From assembly GCA_013239625.1 (NCBI GenBank), contig MU053379.1:3392866-3456865 (forward strand): a stretch of 64,000 nt of DNA, read 5' to 3'. Numbering within the stretch: the first letter of the stretch is position 1; each line of letters begins with the position of its first letter. This document shows positions 13,304 to 26,649 of the stretch, in pieces. A program made the translations under genes and the position numbers. Origin of the DNA: Lama guanicoe. Taxonomy: Eukaryota. The notes beneath the pieces are model-generated. The model was not told the origin of the DNA, did not search any database, and saw only the letters and a list, made by a program, of their open reading frames with translations.

Positions 13304-13347
13304 GCATGAAAACAAGAGGAAACCAACTACCAATTTAAAGTCTAAAG
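13304..13347 (+). CDS. KIZ: KIZ penultimate coding exon, 44 nt
   Basis: Acceptor ctttattttacAG and donor GTAAGA. Translates (R)HENKRKPTTNLKSK(A), versus human RHENKKKPVINLKSNA. Phases match. Confidence 0.92.
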
Positions 13348-14094
13348 GTAAGAGAGCTAACTGGAGACCAGACTTTGATTTTGCGTTTTAACTGAAAGAG
13401 TGGTTTGTGGTGCGTGGGTCATCTGCACGCTTGTGGGCCGCAGCCTGCCTGTGTCACAGGCCCTCCAGCTCTCCTGTGGCGGGGCGGTGGCCTCAGAGGG
13501 GACAGGGGCTTCTCTGAGCACCGGTCTCCAGGGCCAGGGCTGTCTGAGGATGCTCGGGGCTGTGGACCACAGTGCAGGGCATCCTGGCCCCCACACCAGT
13601 GTGTTCCACCATGAAATGTCTCTCACCTCAGTCCCTGTCCTCCCTGCGAATGCCCCCGAGTACCCACTGCTCGTGACCTGCCGGCTCTTGCGGAAAACTC
13701 CCCCACCCTCCCCGCTCCCAGCTGCCCTCTCCTGGCTGGACACCCACCTCGGAAGCCCCATTGTCCTCCCTGCCCGCCCGGGGAAGAACAGCCAGTGCCC
13801 CGCCGCCTGCAAGGCCCCTGCCGGCGTCTTGTCCTCTTCGGGTCCAGCCGTGGGCGCTTTCACACTGCGCCACACTCGTGCCTCAGTGCCCTTGCTCCTG
13901 CTGTTCCTTCTCTGGGACAGCCCTTCCATCCAGGGAGCTCCTCTGCATCCCTCAGAGCCCTCCTTCCGTCCAGCGCTGGCTCTCCCCGGCTGCGCCTGGT
14001 CTCCCTCTCCTCCTGTCTCTTAGATCTTCTTCCCAACCCAGAGCACAGATTTGAGTCAGACACCCTGGGGGGACTCCTGGCTTGACCACCCCCT

Positions 14095-14200
14095 GTCGCT
14101 GTGATTGTGGCCAGTTACTTAACCTCTCGGCCTCAATTTTCTCAATAAAACAGAGACTTCGTACTCACCAAGTTGGGGCAAGGATTAAATGGGGTGTATG
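14095..14200 (+). mobile_element. MIR core fragment
   Basis: gctgtgattgtggccagttacttaacctctcggcctcaattttctc...aggattaaatg. Confidence 0.65.
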
Positions 14201-14965
14201 AAAAATCACCTCAGAGCTGGGCAGAGCCTGTGGGGCTGCAGTCACGGTGGTCAGTGTCGGACCGCCAGACCCCAGGCAGCTCAGAGCCCCCAAGGGCTTC
14301 CTGTGGCTGAAGGAGCCAGCTCAGCCCTCACGGGCGACCTGGAACCCAGGGAGCTGACCCCTGCTTGAGAACAACCCCAGCCAACCAGGGCTGGAGCTGG
14401 TGGATAAATGGCCCCCTTCCTTCCTCTCCTGCGGGAAGATTTGGGGAGAGTCCGCAGCCTCTCAGAGCCCCCCCCACCCCCGCAGGACTGACCCCAGCTG
14501 TCCACTGCCTGCCCTGAGAGGGGCCTCTGTCTTCCCCGGGTCCCTATCCCATCATGGGCCCCAGGATCCCCTCCCAAGTAAACGTGTGTCTGTGGCACCC
14601 TCGCTGCTGCACCTCCCCACGACTTCCCTCCTCTCGGCTCTATTGAGGACGGAGGGGCGCAGTGAGGTGTCCGGGCTGATGGAGCCCCCAGGCCCCCTGC
14701 TTCTGAGTCCTGATCATGCCGTAGAGAGTTGAGCAGAAGGGAAAGAACATGCTCTGCCGAGCGTTTTCCGTAACAAGGTGTAGACTACACAAAAATGGGC
14801 GTGTTTGTGCAGGGCTGAGCTGTGTTCCAGGCACGTCTGGGCAGGTGCGCCGCGTAGGGGCCTGGGAGGCCGGGCCAGGCCAGGGCTCCAGTGACCCGGT
14901 CGGGCTGCTGAAGCCAAGCTGGCCCACGTGCAGGGATGCTGACCAGTGTCCGGTTCCTCTTCCAG

Positions 14966-15072
14966 CCTTCTGGGGAGAGTCCGATGACAGCAACTCAGAA
15001 ATCGAAGCTGCTTTACGTCCAAGAAACCGTGACACACCCACTGACGATTTTGATGATTTTTATGACTTATAA
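14966..15072 (+). CDS. KIZ: KIZ terminal coding exon through the TAA stop
   Basis: Acceptor ttcctcttccAG. Translates (A)FWGESDDSNSEIEAALRPRNRDTPTDDFDDFYDL*, matching the recalled KIZ C-terminus LWDESDDSNSEIEAALRPRNHNTDDSDDFYD. Confidence 0.95.
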
Positions 15073-15090
15073 GCTGTAACACCTGTTGGA

Positions 15091-15096
15091 AATAAA
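15091..15096 (+). terminator. KIZ: KIZ polyadenylation signal AATAAA (very short 3' UTR)
   Basis: AATAAA begins 19 nt after the stop codon, with GT/T-rich sequence at ~15148-15165. Confidence 0.7.
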
Positions 15097-15399
15097 GCCT
15101 TTCAGCAAACTAAAACCCTGTGTTCAGATGGGATGGTCGCCATAAACGTGTTCTTTTGTGTTTTCTAATTGTTAATTGGGACCATGTTACTATTCCAGTG
15201 AAATTTCATGGCATAAATATGAACTGGCACATTTGTTAAATGTTACCAAAAAGCACAGGGACGACCAGCCACAGCGCTCATCCATCTTAGGCTGGTTCCT
15301 TTGTAGAAACATTCATATGCAAATTCAGGGCCCAGAATGGCCACAACAGCCCTGAGAAAGCTGGAGGACTCACACGTGCCCGTTTTGAAACTTACTAAA

Positions 15400-16200
15400 A
15401 GGCCGCCGTGATTGAGAGCATGGTGCCGTGCACACATACATGGATCAGTGAAGCATTACTGATTTATATAGAGTCTAGAATTGATCATCCAGAAATCAAG
15501 TCTCACATTGATGGTCAATTAATTTTCAATAAGGATGCCAAGGCCATTCAGGGCGGGGAGAAGTGGTCTCTTCAACAAGTGATGCTGGGGACCCTGGGCG
15601 GCCTCATGCAGAGGAAGGCAGGTGGAGCCCACCTCACACTGCGCTCAGACCGTAACTCAGCACATCAAGGACCTCAGTGTAAGAGCTAAGCTGTCAGACT
15701 CCTAGAGGGAAACGGGGGGAACCCCTTGTGACCCTGCACTGGGCGGTGGTTTCTCAGCAGAAACGACACCACTAGCAACAGAGAAAACACTGTCACGTTC
15801 CTGAGAACGAAGGAAAGACAGGGTCACAGAGCAGGGGCCCGAAGGAGACGTGACAGACAGCACAGTGAAATGTAGAGTCCTGGGTGGGATCCTTGAACCA
15901 AAAAATGGACGTTAATGGAAAAGTCGGTGAAACCCAAGTGAGTCTGGAGTTGAGTTGATAGTAACGTCCAGTGTCGGCTTCTTAGTGTAACACCCCCCAG
16001 ATGTGCGGGACGAGAAAAACGTGCCTTTAGGGGACGCTGAAACCGGGTGGCACCTGCCACCTGCACACGGATTCCCCGTGCGCTTTCTGCGGCTGCTCTG
16101 TGAACCTGAAGTACGTACACACACGCGCGCGCAGCTAAAATGGAATGCATTTTCTTTTTCCTTTTCGGTTACTTACCCAGTGACCCTGGTTTAAAATTTA
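15400..16200 (+). mobile_element. Old L1 fragments (ORF2 3' part and L1MC-like 3' UTR)
   Basis: RIDHPEIKSHIDGQLIFNKDAKAIQ is an ORF2-like remnant. Confidence 0.7.
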
Positions 16201-16399
16201 AAGAGCTGCTAGAAAATTTCCTTTTACGATACATTGTAGGGAAGAGAAGAGAACTGACTTTAAAACTCTACTAAGCAAATGGCAGCGCCCAGGGCCGGGC
16301 GCCGGGCTGCATGCGGGGGCGCAGCTCCGGGGCCGCAGGGCCCATCTCTCAGGTGAGGGCCGCACCGCAGCCTGGCTTCACCACCTGCGTCTGCCTTTC

Positions 16400-17010
16400 A
16401 CTCGGACGACCACCGCACTCGAGACTTCCAACACCAGATTTGGGGGCCAGGGGTTCCCACATCAGCCAGCTCTCTGACACCAGCTGCACGTCCCGCCGTT
16501 CAGGGCAGTCTGACCCCGGAGTTAGCGCCGACCCCACAGGTTCACAGCTCAGGCCAGACTGACCCCACTCCAGGGGCCCCCAGGTCCCATCTTCTGTGCG
16601 ACTGGCCCGCAAATGGGTCCCCACCGTCCCTCCTAGGGTTTGATAATTTGCTAGAATGGCTCATAGGACCCACTGAAAGCCCTGCACACGTTCACCGCTT
16701 AATAATAAAAGGAGATGATCGAGGGCCGAGGCGAGTACGCAGGTACCGGGAAGGGCCCCGCGGGGCGCTCAGCGCCCAGGAGCCTGCCGGCCACCTCCCC
16801 GGTGGCTGCACCCCGGCTTCATCATGCAGGCACGGCCGACTCAGTACCTCCGCTTTCAGCCCCGTCTGCTCGCCGGAGCCCAGGAGGCCGCGGCTGAGAG
16901 TTCCAGGGTCCTGATCACGGCCTGGCCTTCCCAGTGACCGGCCGCACCCTGCAGCTGCCCAGGAAATTCCCCGGATCTCAGCAGCTTGGTGTCAGGAAAC
17001 AGAGACCAGT
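16400..17010 (-). mobile_element. MER21-like LTR remnant
   Basis: gacaccagctg...ggagttagcgccgaccccacaggtt...ctagggtttgataatttgctagaatggctca resembles the MER21 family. Confidence 0.6.
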
Positions 17011-17779
17011 ACACGTTTTTCTACTGTTTGATGCTGGTCTTCAGGCGCACACATCCAGCTTTCACGGGCTGAGTTAATATGATGAAATCAAGCCCCAGAG
17101 CCCAGAGCGCGAAGGATTAAATCCTGGCCATGGGGTGACCGCCTCCCAGCCCCTGCCAACCGGCGTGCAGACGCGGCTTTACCATCTGCCCCACCAGCAA
17201 GGCCTTCCCGACACTTCCCGTGTGCTGGGCACGGGGCTCATCCCCGGGGACACGAGGACGGATCTGACCGTCACTCCCCTCCGGTGTCCACACTCCAGCA
17301 AAGGAGACAAAGCCTGCAGTGCTCCACGTGGTGGCCACACGCTCTGGTAGCTGCCTGTGCCCCCAGAGCTCAGGGGCGCCAACAGACCATTCCTCTGGGG
17401 CTGCCTTAGGGAAGCCTCGCATGGGAGGTGACATCTGTGCGGGAGAGGGTGGAGCTGGAGAGAGCAGGAGTCTCTATGGGCAGAGAAGGGACAACTTCAG
17501 GGCCCAGAGCCGCAACAGAGCTCATGTCGATGACACGGTCGCTACGTGAAGCTGGTGCAGGACACGTGGGCAGGGTGGCAGGGAGAAAGGGGTGGCCGCA
17601 GGTCGGCGCCTCCACGGTGTCTGCAAAGACGACGCAGGCCCTCCAGGAAGAGCATGAGAACCCGGGAGGGTTTTGATATAAGAGCAACTTCAAAAGCCAG
17701 CAGGATGCTGACACCAGCCTGAAAATAATGTGCTTACAGATGCTGTTTACAGTGATAGAACTTGCACGTCAAAAATCTT

Positions 17780-20000
17780 AAAATTTTTAAGAAATTAGTG
17801 AAAGATGACATTTTAAACAGCTATTGACGGTAGTGGACTACATGTTCATGGGCAGGAAGATTCGATCAGATCACAAATTCTGTCCAGATTGATCCAAAAA
17901 GTCAATGCTATTTCAATCAAAATCCCAACAGGTCTTCTTCAGAAACTGACACGCTGGTCATTAAATGTTTAAATAAGGGAATTAAAGGTCCAGAAGGGTC
18001 AAGACAGCTCTGAAGGACAGGCAGGAGGAGGCTTGGCCACGGCAAACACCAGGATTTATTATCAAGACCATAATCAGGCCTGTGGTCTTGGCCCAGGGAT
18101 GGAAACGTGGAACAGAACAGAGGCCCCAGAAAAACTCCCAGGCATGAGACCTGGGTCCAGACATGTCGTTTCAGAAATCCATGAGGCGGTAACAGACTTT
18201 GCAATGAATGGTGCTGGACCCGCTGGCAATCCACATGGCAAAGCACGGAATTAAATGTGTTATTGGCAATCATAAAATATTTATTTTGCATCAGTTTCTC
18301 TCTCAGTGGTTAGTGACATCTGTAGCCACCTTTTGTTTGCTCCTGAGAGAGCATGTCCCACACCTGCTCTGCCAGCCTCGCACCCCCACCCCGGGCTCAG
18401 GAGACAGCCTTCCCTCTGCTCCACTGAGACTGAGGTAGAAGCTCTCTTGCTTTCCCCTCCTGGCCATCTCTTAATACCTGGCATCTTCTCTCTTTCTGGG
18501 TTAGAGAAAATAAAGGCCCTTCTCCTTCCCTCACTGTCTTATTCTCTCCCATCATCCACCCACCCATCGACCCATCCAACCATTCCACCTACCCACCCAC
18601 CTAATCGTCCATCCATCCATCCATCCAGGGCACATTTAATGCCTTTCCACTTCCTCCAGTACCTTTTCTCCTACTTAAAAAAAAATTTGATTACATATAC
18701 TTCAGATTTATTGTCTTAACCATTTTTAAACGTACAGCTCAGTGGTATCTAATACATTCATAATGGTGCACAACCACCTCCACATTTATCCCTGTAAGTG
18801 CTGAAACCCTGTTCCCCGTTACACGTCCTCCCTTCCCAGAGCCCCGGCAGCCACCAGCCTGCTTTCTGTCTCTACAGCTTGACGAGTCTAAGTGCCTCAT
18901 AGAAGTGGGATCACACAGTATTCGCCTTTCGGCACCTGGCTTATTTCACTCCGTATAACATCCTTAACATTCATCCATGTTGCAGCCTGAGTCAGAATGT
19001 CCCTTTTCTATGAGGCTGAACAATAGTCCATGGTATGTATGTGCCTCTTTTTGTTTCTCCATCATCCATCAATGGACGCTCGGGGTGTGTCCGTGTTTTA
19101 GTTACTGTGGATGAAGCCACTGTGAGCGTGAGCATGAGCAATTCCTCTTTGAGAACTTGCTTTCAGCCTTGGGGGTAAACGCCCAGAAGTGGGATTGCCG
19201 GCTCATGCGGTAACTCTAGTTTTAGTTTTAAAAGGAACCTCCACACTGTTTCTACAGTGGCTGCACCATTTAACATTCCCACCAGCAGTGCACGAGTGTT
19301 TGCATTTCTCCACATTCTCATCAACGTGTTATTTTCTGGGTTTTTTTTCCAGAAGCCATCCTGGTGGGTATATGGTGGTAAAATTAAATTTCTACATCAC
19401 CCTAAACATGAGGGAAATTCCAGCTGGAATAAAGAGCCAAATGTGAAAAGGAAAACTTCAAAACTGTTAAAGAAAAAAAAAATAGGCCAAGTGTCTTTAA
19501 GACTTCCGGGCAAGGAAGAATTTCTTAACCCACACAGAAGATGCACAAAGTCATAAAGGAAAATGCTGGTAAACATCACGCTGAAATTAAGCTTTTCTGT
19601 GTGACGAAGACACTGGCAAGAGGAAAAGACAAAGCGTGGGCCGGAACGTGACACCTGTAGGGTGCCTGCCCGTCACAGCCCTGCAGCTGGGGTACATAAA
19701 GGATCACATGTCAATACGGAAACTAACTCAGAAAAACGAACCAAGGGTCGGAATGAGAAATTCACAGAAGAGGTAAGCCAAGTGATCAGTGAGCACCAGA
19801 AGGCACACAGACTTAGCAGTGAAGCAAACACTTCTCACGCCCGGCAGCCGAGCCGAGGTTCCGGGCAGACCGCCGAGTCAGGAAGGACCCGGAGGGAGGA
19901 ACCTGCACACACTGTGCTGAGCACCTTTGTAATATCAAGCAAGGCTGCAGGTGGCATGTGCCCCGCGACCCTGTGATTTCATCTCTGAATGTCTGCTTTC
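17780..20000. mobile_element. Cluster of old L1 fragments (+ ORF2 remnants interrupted by a minus-strand L1 3' UTR at ~18690-19380)
   Basis: aaatcccaacagg...agaaactgac and ccatttaacattcccaccagcagtgcacgag are L1 motifs. Confidence 0.65.
18549..18626. repeat. Degenerate (CCAT/CCAC)n tetranucleotide repeat
   Basis: Read directly. Confidence 0.85.
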
Positions 20001-21118
20001 CAGCCACAGCGTCCTACACAGGGATCACCAGGCAGGAGCAACGTATCTGATCCAAACGGAAACTTCGTATCGATCTGAACACTTGGTAGGAAAGAAAGAC
20101 TGTGATGTTCCATTAACATGCTGCTTATACGCGGAAATGCACGCACTGGGCGTGCTGGGTTAAAATGTTACTAAAATTAATTGCATCAGTTTCTTTTTCT
20201 GTTTTTTCCTCCCCTCCCCCTTTTTATATTTTGTAATGTGGCTACGAGAACATTTTAAGTGACCTTTATGAGCCCAACGTGTGGCTTTATTCTGTCTCTC
20301 CTACCAAAGCTGCTGTGGAGCAACTCTGACACAGAGACACGCTCCAAACGTCAGCTGCCGTATTGCTCGAGATGGTGAACGTTCGGAAACATTAGCACCC
20401 GCCCCCAGGAAAGCTGTAAGACGTATGTTGCTGGGGGATTTGTACAGTTAATAAAACACACATGAAAGCGAAAAGCACGGAACAGTCCAGCGTGTGGCTG
20501 ATAGAGAGGAAAGGGTTCACATAAAGTGAATGTGCAGAACATGGGCGGAGGGCCCCCGACACCTCCAGGAGGGCGGCCGGCTCCGGGGTGAGACGGGGAC
20601 CGCAGGGGGGCGGTTCACACACAGAACGCCGACGCCCCAGCGACTGCTTATTCCTTTAGATTAAAAATCGAATATTCCAGGCAAGTATGGCTGAGTGTCA
20701 ACAGCTGCCACTGTTTGTCACATCTGGGCAGTGACTTCATGTTACGTCCTTCTCCACACTTTTGTGAGCTTCACATGTTTGTAAGTTTTTTAAGAAGCAG
20801 GTGGTGAAGTGTTTTGCACCCCAAGCAGCAGAGCACAGACTTGGCTCCGCTGGTCAGTGTCCAGAAGCCACTGGGGGGTTTCAGACAGGGAAGGAGATTT
20901 CCATTTGGATCGAGCACCTTGGCCGCCGCGCTTGAGGCTCATCCAGTTCACCAGCTGATAGAACTCAAGAGAAATATTTCATTGCTTCGGGCTCACTCGC
21001 CCCACGATTTAACAGCTCAGGCTGGGCTGTGTGGTGCTGGCCGGACAAGAGTCAGTCAGTGATGGATCAGCAGCTGCAGAACAGGTGCCAGGGGCTTGGA
21101 TGAAATGGTGACAATGGT

Positions 21119-23607
21119 GGGGACATAAAAGCTGGTGGCGGACATCCGGGGAGTGTTCATCTACATGAGCTTTCCTGGAGGCTGACGTCCTGACTGCATC
21201 ATTAGCACCAGGACCAGGCCCCACCCAACAGCCTGCAGGCTTACCTGTTGGGACCCCTGAGGCCAGACAACGTCCTGGGTGGGACCCAGCCCCGTCAGTC
21301 AGCAGACAGGCTGCCTAAAGACCTCGGGACAGTTGCCTCTAGTCATGGCCCTGCTCACCCACGGGCCAGGACCCAGCTCCACCCACCAGAGGCCGGGCGC
21401 AGACCCCTCCCACCAGGAAGCCCACAGAAGCCCGCAGACCATCCTCAGGGCCAGGGGGCAGAGCCGGAAGTGAGAAAACAACAGTCCCGCAGCCTGGGAC
21501 CGGTCGGCTCCTGGCCCTTGGGTGACAAGAGGGGAGTGTACCTCTGGGACACACAGGACCTCTCATAAAGAGGGCCACTTCTCCGAGGTCAAGAAACATA
21601 ACTAACCCGCCACGTAGTAAACATAAACGTAGAAATTTAGACAAAATGAGGCGGCAGAGGAATTCCAGACGAAAGAACAAGACGCAAGCCCAGAAGAGCT
21701 AAGTGACATGGAGCCGGGCAGTCTCCCCGAGAGTGAGCTCACAGTGACGGTCGTAAGGATGCGTCAAGAACTCGGGGCACGAATGGGTGCAGAGAGCGGG
21801 GAGTTAGAAGTTTCAAACAAAGAGTGAAAAATATAAAGATGAACCGAACAGACTTAAAGACGCAACAAGTGGAATGAAAATGCACTACAAGGAACCAACA
21901 GACGGAGGACGAGGCAGAACAGGCCAGCGGGCTGGTGGACTCAGCGGGGGAGGCCACTGCCGCAGGGCGGGGTTGGGGGTGAGCGGGAACGGGAAGGCTC
22001 AGGAGGGCCCTGGGGCGGCATTAAGTGCACGACACTCGCGTTACAGGGGCCCGGGGGTGGGGGAGGCTGAGACAATATCTGAAGAGATCACGGCTGGGAA
22101 CTTCCCCCACCAGGGAAAGGAAACAGCCAAGTCCAGGAGGCACAGAGTCCTGCACAGGACTGATCTGAAGAGAAGCACACAGAAGCACATAGTCTTCAAA
22201 TGGGCAAAGGTTAAAGATAAGGAGAAAGTATTAAAATCAGCAAGAGAAAAGCAACAAATAGCATACAAGGGAACTCCCACAAGATTATCACAGCTGATTT
22301 CTCAGCAAAAATCCTTCAGGGAATGGCAGGAAACTTACAGTGATGAAAGGGAAAAACCTGCCACCAAGAATGCTCCACCCATTCCCTGACCGGATGCACA
22401 AAAATAAACTCAAAATGGATTAAAGACTTAAATGTAAGATCAGATACAACAAAAGTCCTAGAGGAAAACATGCTCTTGGACACAAATCACAGCAATATAT
22501 TTTTTGAACCAGCTCCTAGAGTAATGGAAGTAAAAGCAAAAATAAACAAATGGGATCTTATTAAACTTAAAGCTTTTGCACAGCTAAGGAAACCATCCAC
22601 AAAATGAAGACAACCTACAGGATGGGAGAGCATACTTGCAAATGATGCAACCGACAAGGGACCAATTTCCAAAATATAAAAACAGCTCATACAACCTAGT
22701 ATAAAAAAAGCAAGCAACCCGATCAAAAAATGGGCAGAAGACCTAGACATCTCTACAAAGAAGCCATTCAGATGGCCAACAAGCGCATGAAAAAATGCTC
22801 AACATGACTAATGGCTAGAGAAACGCAAATCAAAACTACAGTGAGGTATCACCTCACATCAGTCAGAATAGCCATCATTAAATAGTCTACAAACAATTTA
22901 TCTGGAGAGGGTGTGGAGAAAAAGGAACCCTCCTATATTGTTGGTGGGAAAGTAAACTGGTGCAGCCACTGTGGAGGACGGTATGGAGGTTCCTTAAAAA
23001 ACGAAAAATAGCCTTACCATGTGATCCAGAAATCCCACTCCTGGGCATATACTTGGAGAAAAATATAATTCAAAAAGACACATGTACCCCAATGTTCACA
23101 GCAGCACTATTTATAACAGCCAAGACATGGAAACAACCCAAATGTCCAACAGATGACTGGATGAAGATGTGGTATATATACACACAATGGACTATTATTC
23201 AGCCATAAAAAAGGAATGAAACAATGCCATTTCATCATACTAAGTGAAGTCAGACAGAGAAAGACAAATCTCATGTGATATCACTTATATGTAGAATCTA
23301 AAAAATGACACAAATGAACTTATTTACAAAACAGAAAGAGACTCACAGACAGAAAATAAATTTATGGTTAACAGGGGAGAAAGGGGAGAGGGAAGGATAA
23401 ATTGGGAGTTTGGGATTGGCAGATACAAATTACTATGCACCGAATAAACAACAAGTTCCCACTGTAGAGCACAGGGAACTATTTTCAACGGCTTGTGATG
23501 AAAAAGAATGTACATGTGAGTGTGTGCATGTTTAACTGAGTCACCATGCTGCACACCAGAAACCAATCCCACACTGTGCATCAACTATTCTCAATTTTAA
23601 GAAAAAA
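21119..23607 (+). mobile_element. Internally deleted LINE-1 of the same family as the 27.9-33.9 kb copy
   Basis: 5' UTR from 21119 matches 28492 onward. ORF1 remnant runs to ~22380, then ORF2 C-terminus, 3' UTR and A-tail. Confidence 0.9.
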
Positions 23608-26600
23608 GTTTCTAAAAAAGCACGAACGTATTTAACTGGCCTGTATTTTCCTCTTTACACATGCACAAGAGTGAAATGATTTTTTCTTTTCTTAATTTAA
23701 AAATTTTTTCATTTAGAAAATATTTTTCCAATTATAGTAAAATACACATAAAATTTACATCATCGCCACTTTTGTGTCCAGTTCAGTGGCAGGAAGTCCA
23801 TTCACTCTCCAGGGCTGTGCTGCGTCTGGTGCCCCTGGAACTCTGTGCCCCAGTATCACACAGTAACCCCCATTCCCAGCCCCTGGAATGAAGCCGCTCT
23901 CCAGGCCTCACACCAGCACGGCTGACGGGGGCCCCCCAGCCCTCAGCAGACGCTGGCCCCAGGGGTGCGTGGACAGCGCGGGTCCCAGCTCTGCGGGCTC
24001 CGCCGTGAGCAGGGCGCACGGCAGGGGGCGGGACCATCACCCCACTGTCTGTGCCGCCAACGTCCCCCAGTCCTGCTCCTGGAACACACTGCGGAGGGAC
24101 TGTTCTAAACAGGGAAACCCGATCAGAGGTGAATTCTGCCAGTTGAACCACCAAAGTCGACCTTACTAAGCTCTGTCCCCAGGACCCATCCCCGGAGCTC
24201 CCGATGGAGGCCTGTCTGGGGTCTCCCATCACAGCGGGAAACCACACATCCCCCAGGACGAAACCCTTCCGGGGCCAGCCCGGCTGAACGCCCTATGCAG
24301 ACAAGGCCCATAAAGTCTCCTGCTGCGTCTGGGACTCGGCTGTCCCTGAACTTTCCATCTCAGTGAATTGCTTTTCTAATCACATTCCTTTTCCAATGAC
24401 CAACGTGCCTCTCTGACCCTCCCAGACCTTCCCCGCTGCCACCTGGTCGGTCCCAGCCGCTGGGCCTGCGGACCTACGAGGTGTGCCTACGCCCCGTTCT
24501 CTCTCACGTGTCAGCTCGTGAATTCCCTCCTCCTTTTCCTCAAGAGAAACAACTACAAACCCTAGCCGCTGTCATCCAGCTCTCAAGCTTTCATCCGCTT
24601 CCCGGATGCCTGTCACCGGCGCCTGTGTCATGAGCAGAGTGCTTCAGTGACGCTCACATGTTGATGCAGCAAACTGGCGAAAACATATTAAAGGGGATGG
24701 CGGCACCACCAGCCCCAAAGCCAAGCAGATAAGGACTATATTACTGGAGAACTCACCCTGAGTGACAGACACTGAGCTCATCCCGTGCAAAGAGCCATCA
24801 GTATTCAGCAGCCAAGATTGCAAGTCTAACCGCTTTGGGTAGTGGTTTTATACAGTGACTTCAAAATCTTCCAGAAATCTCTGGCTCCTGGAGGTAGCTC
24901 CCTGTAAATCTTTTCTTTTGAAAGATATGGTGTTGTCATCTGCCTCCCTTGGCTAATGTTTCCCATTTCCTCCGGCCAGGCCAGCCACTGACACCAGGGC
25001 TGATATTTGATGACAGATGGCTCTGTGAGCTTGGGGAAGGCCACATCTCACTTTTGGAACGAGGGCAATACCCAGGTTCCTCTGGAGCCTCATTTATCAC
25101 ACGATTATTCCGCACAAGCTCATTTGATGTAAAACATCCTGCCAGTCAACTTGATCTTGCTCTTCCCCAGCTGTCGGGCTGGCAGCTCTGAGATGGAGAC
25201 AGATGATACTGACAGACAGGACGCCAGCCATCTCCTGCCTTCCCAGACTTAAAGCCGGATGCTTCCCAACCGAGGGAACGTGCTGGAGAAAACAGCCAGC
25301 AAGACGCTCCGCAGCCCCCTGCGCTCAGTCACCGCGGTGCTTTCCTACGGGGCGTTTGTAGGGCCCTGTTTCCAGGCCTTCCTCGCGCTTGTGAGCGCAC
25401 TTACGGCCACGGTAGGAAGTCAACTGAAATCAAACTGCACGGCTTCTTCCAGGGCCACGAGGATGGCTGTCAGCCTTGCATCCCAGTCCCAATTCTTGCC
25501 AAGGACCAGTTCTTTCTCCCTTTTCAGAGATGCCTGCACCTGATCTCAAGGATCAGACAGTTCTCAGAGACATTTTTGCAATACCGTAAGAAGTAACACT
25601 CTCTCACTTAACAAGCGCAAGCAACAAACATCAGCTAACGGTATTCCTGTTGGCTGCACTGCGCAAACACACAAAGGGCTGCCTGTGCGTGGATTCAGTC
25701 AGGAGGTTCCCCGCAGGCGGAGTCTCAAAGGACCAATAGGAGTTTGGCAAGTGGTCTGCTGGGGATTCAGGAACTCTGGGCATGCGTGTGATGCGAGAGG
25801 CCCGTGACCAGGAAGTCATTTTTACCTGTGAGCTATTAGAATTTTCTCATTCCCAGAGAGCTCGTGTTGGGCTCCCGAGTCTCACGTGGTGAGGCTGAAC
25901 CTCAGCAAGTGCCCTTGGGAGGACGTGGAAGAGAAAGACTACTAACACGCATGTGGGAATCAGGGCACAGGAGCCACGTGGGCACTGAGGACAGGCAGGG
26001 GAGAAGCTTCAGCTATGATGCAGTGAGAAACTCGTCCTACGTGTCCAGAGGGCAAGGATCCAAATTGGCAGAGGGAGGAGTCTGGGAAGGTGGTGGACCA
26101 GGAAGCCCCAGGAATCGGTCTCCTTACCTGTCTCTGTACTGGCAGAACGTGGACGATGAAACTGCCCTGGGGCTCTGGGGTCTACATCAAGGCTCTAAAC
26201 TTCTGGAGGAGGGCTTGTGTGGTAAACTACAGCTAATTTTGGCCAATTTCAGCTCCCAGCATGGTGGCAGATGCCCACCCCCCGACACCCCTTATCCACA
26301 CGGCAGGCAGCTGTGCCTGAGTTCCTGGAGCAGCTTACGGGCAGCTTTGGGAGCCAGAGCAGGCAATGAGGACCTTGACCTCCAGAAAGTGGGGTCTGTG
26401 TTCTGATTGCTCCTTCTGATCTTGGAGGTGCAGAAACTAGGCAGGTGGCCCGTGCTGAACCCCTGCAGTGCTGCAAGCCCCTCCCCGTCCAGCTGAATCA
26501 ACTTCCAGGGGAATCAAAGGGCCAGGAGCCATCCCCCTTCCCCTTCCCTTTGTTTTTCCGCTTTTCCCTTTTGGGGGCCAGATATTTAAAATCCAGGACT

Positions 26601-26649
26601 TTCGCAAGGAACCACAAATTCGAGGGAATTTATAAAGTCACCATGTAAG

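Noticed and set aside
10029..14085. Several long ORFs (277, 207, 190 aa) in the GC-rich KIZ intron
   Set aside because: Low-complexity Arg/Gly/Pro/Ala translations with no recognisable domain, expected by chance at this GC content.
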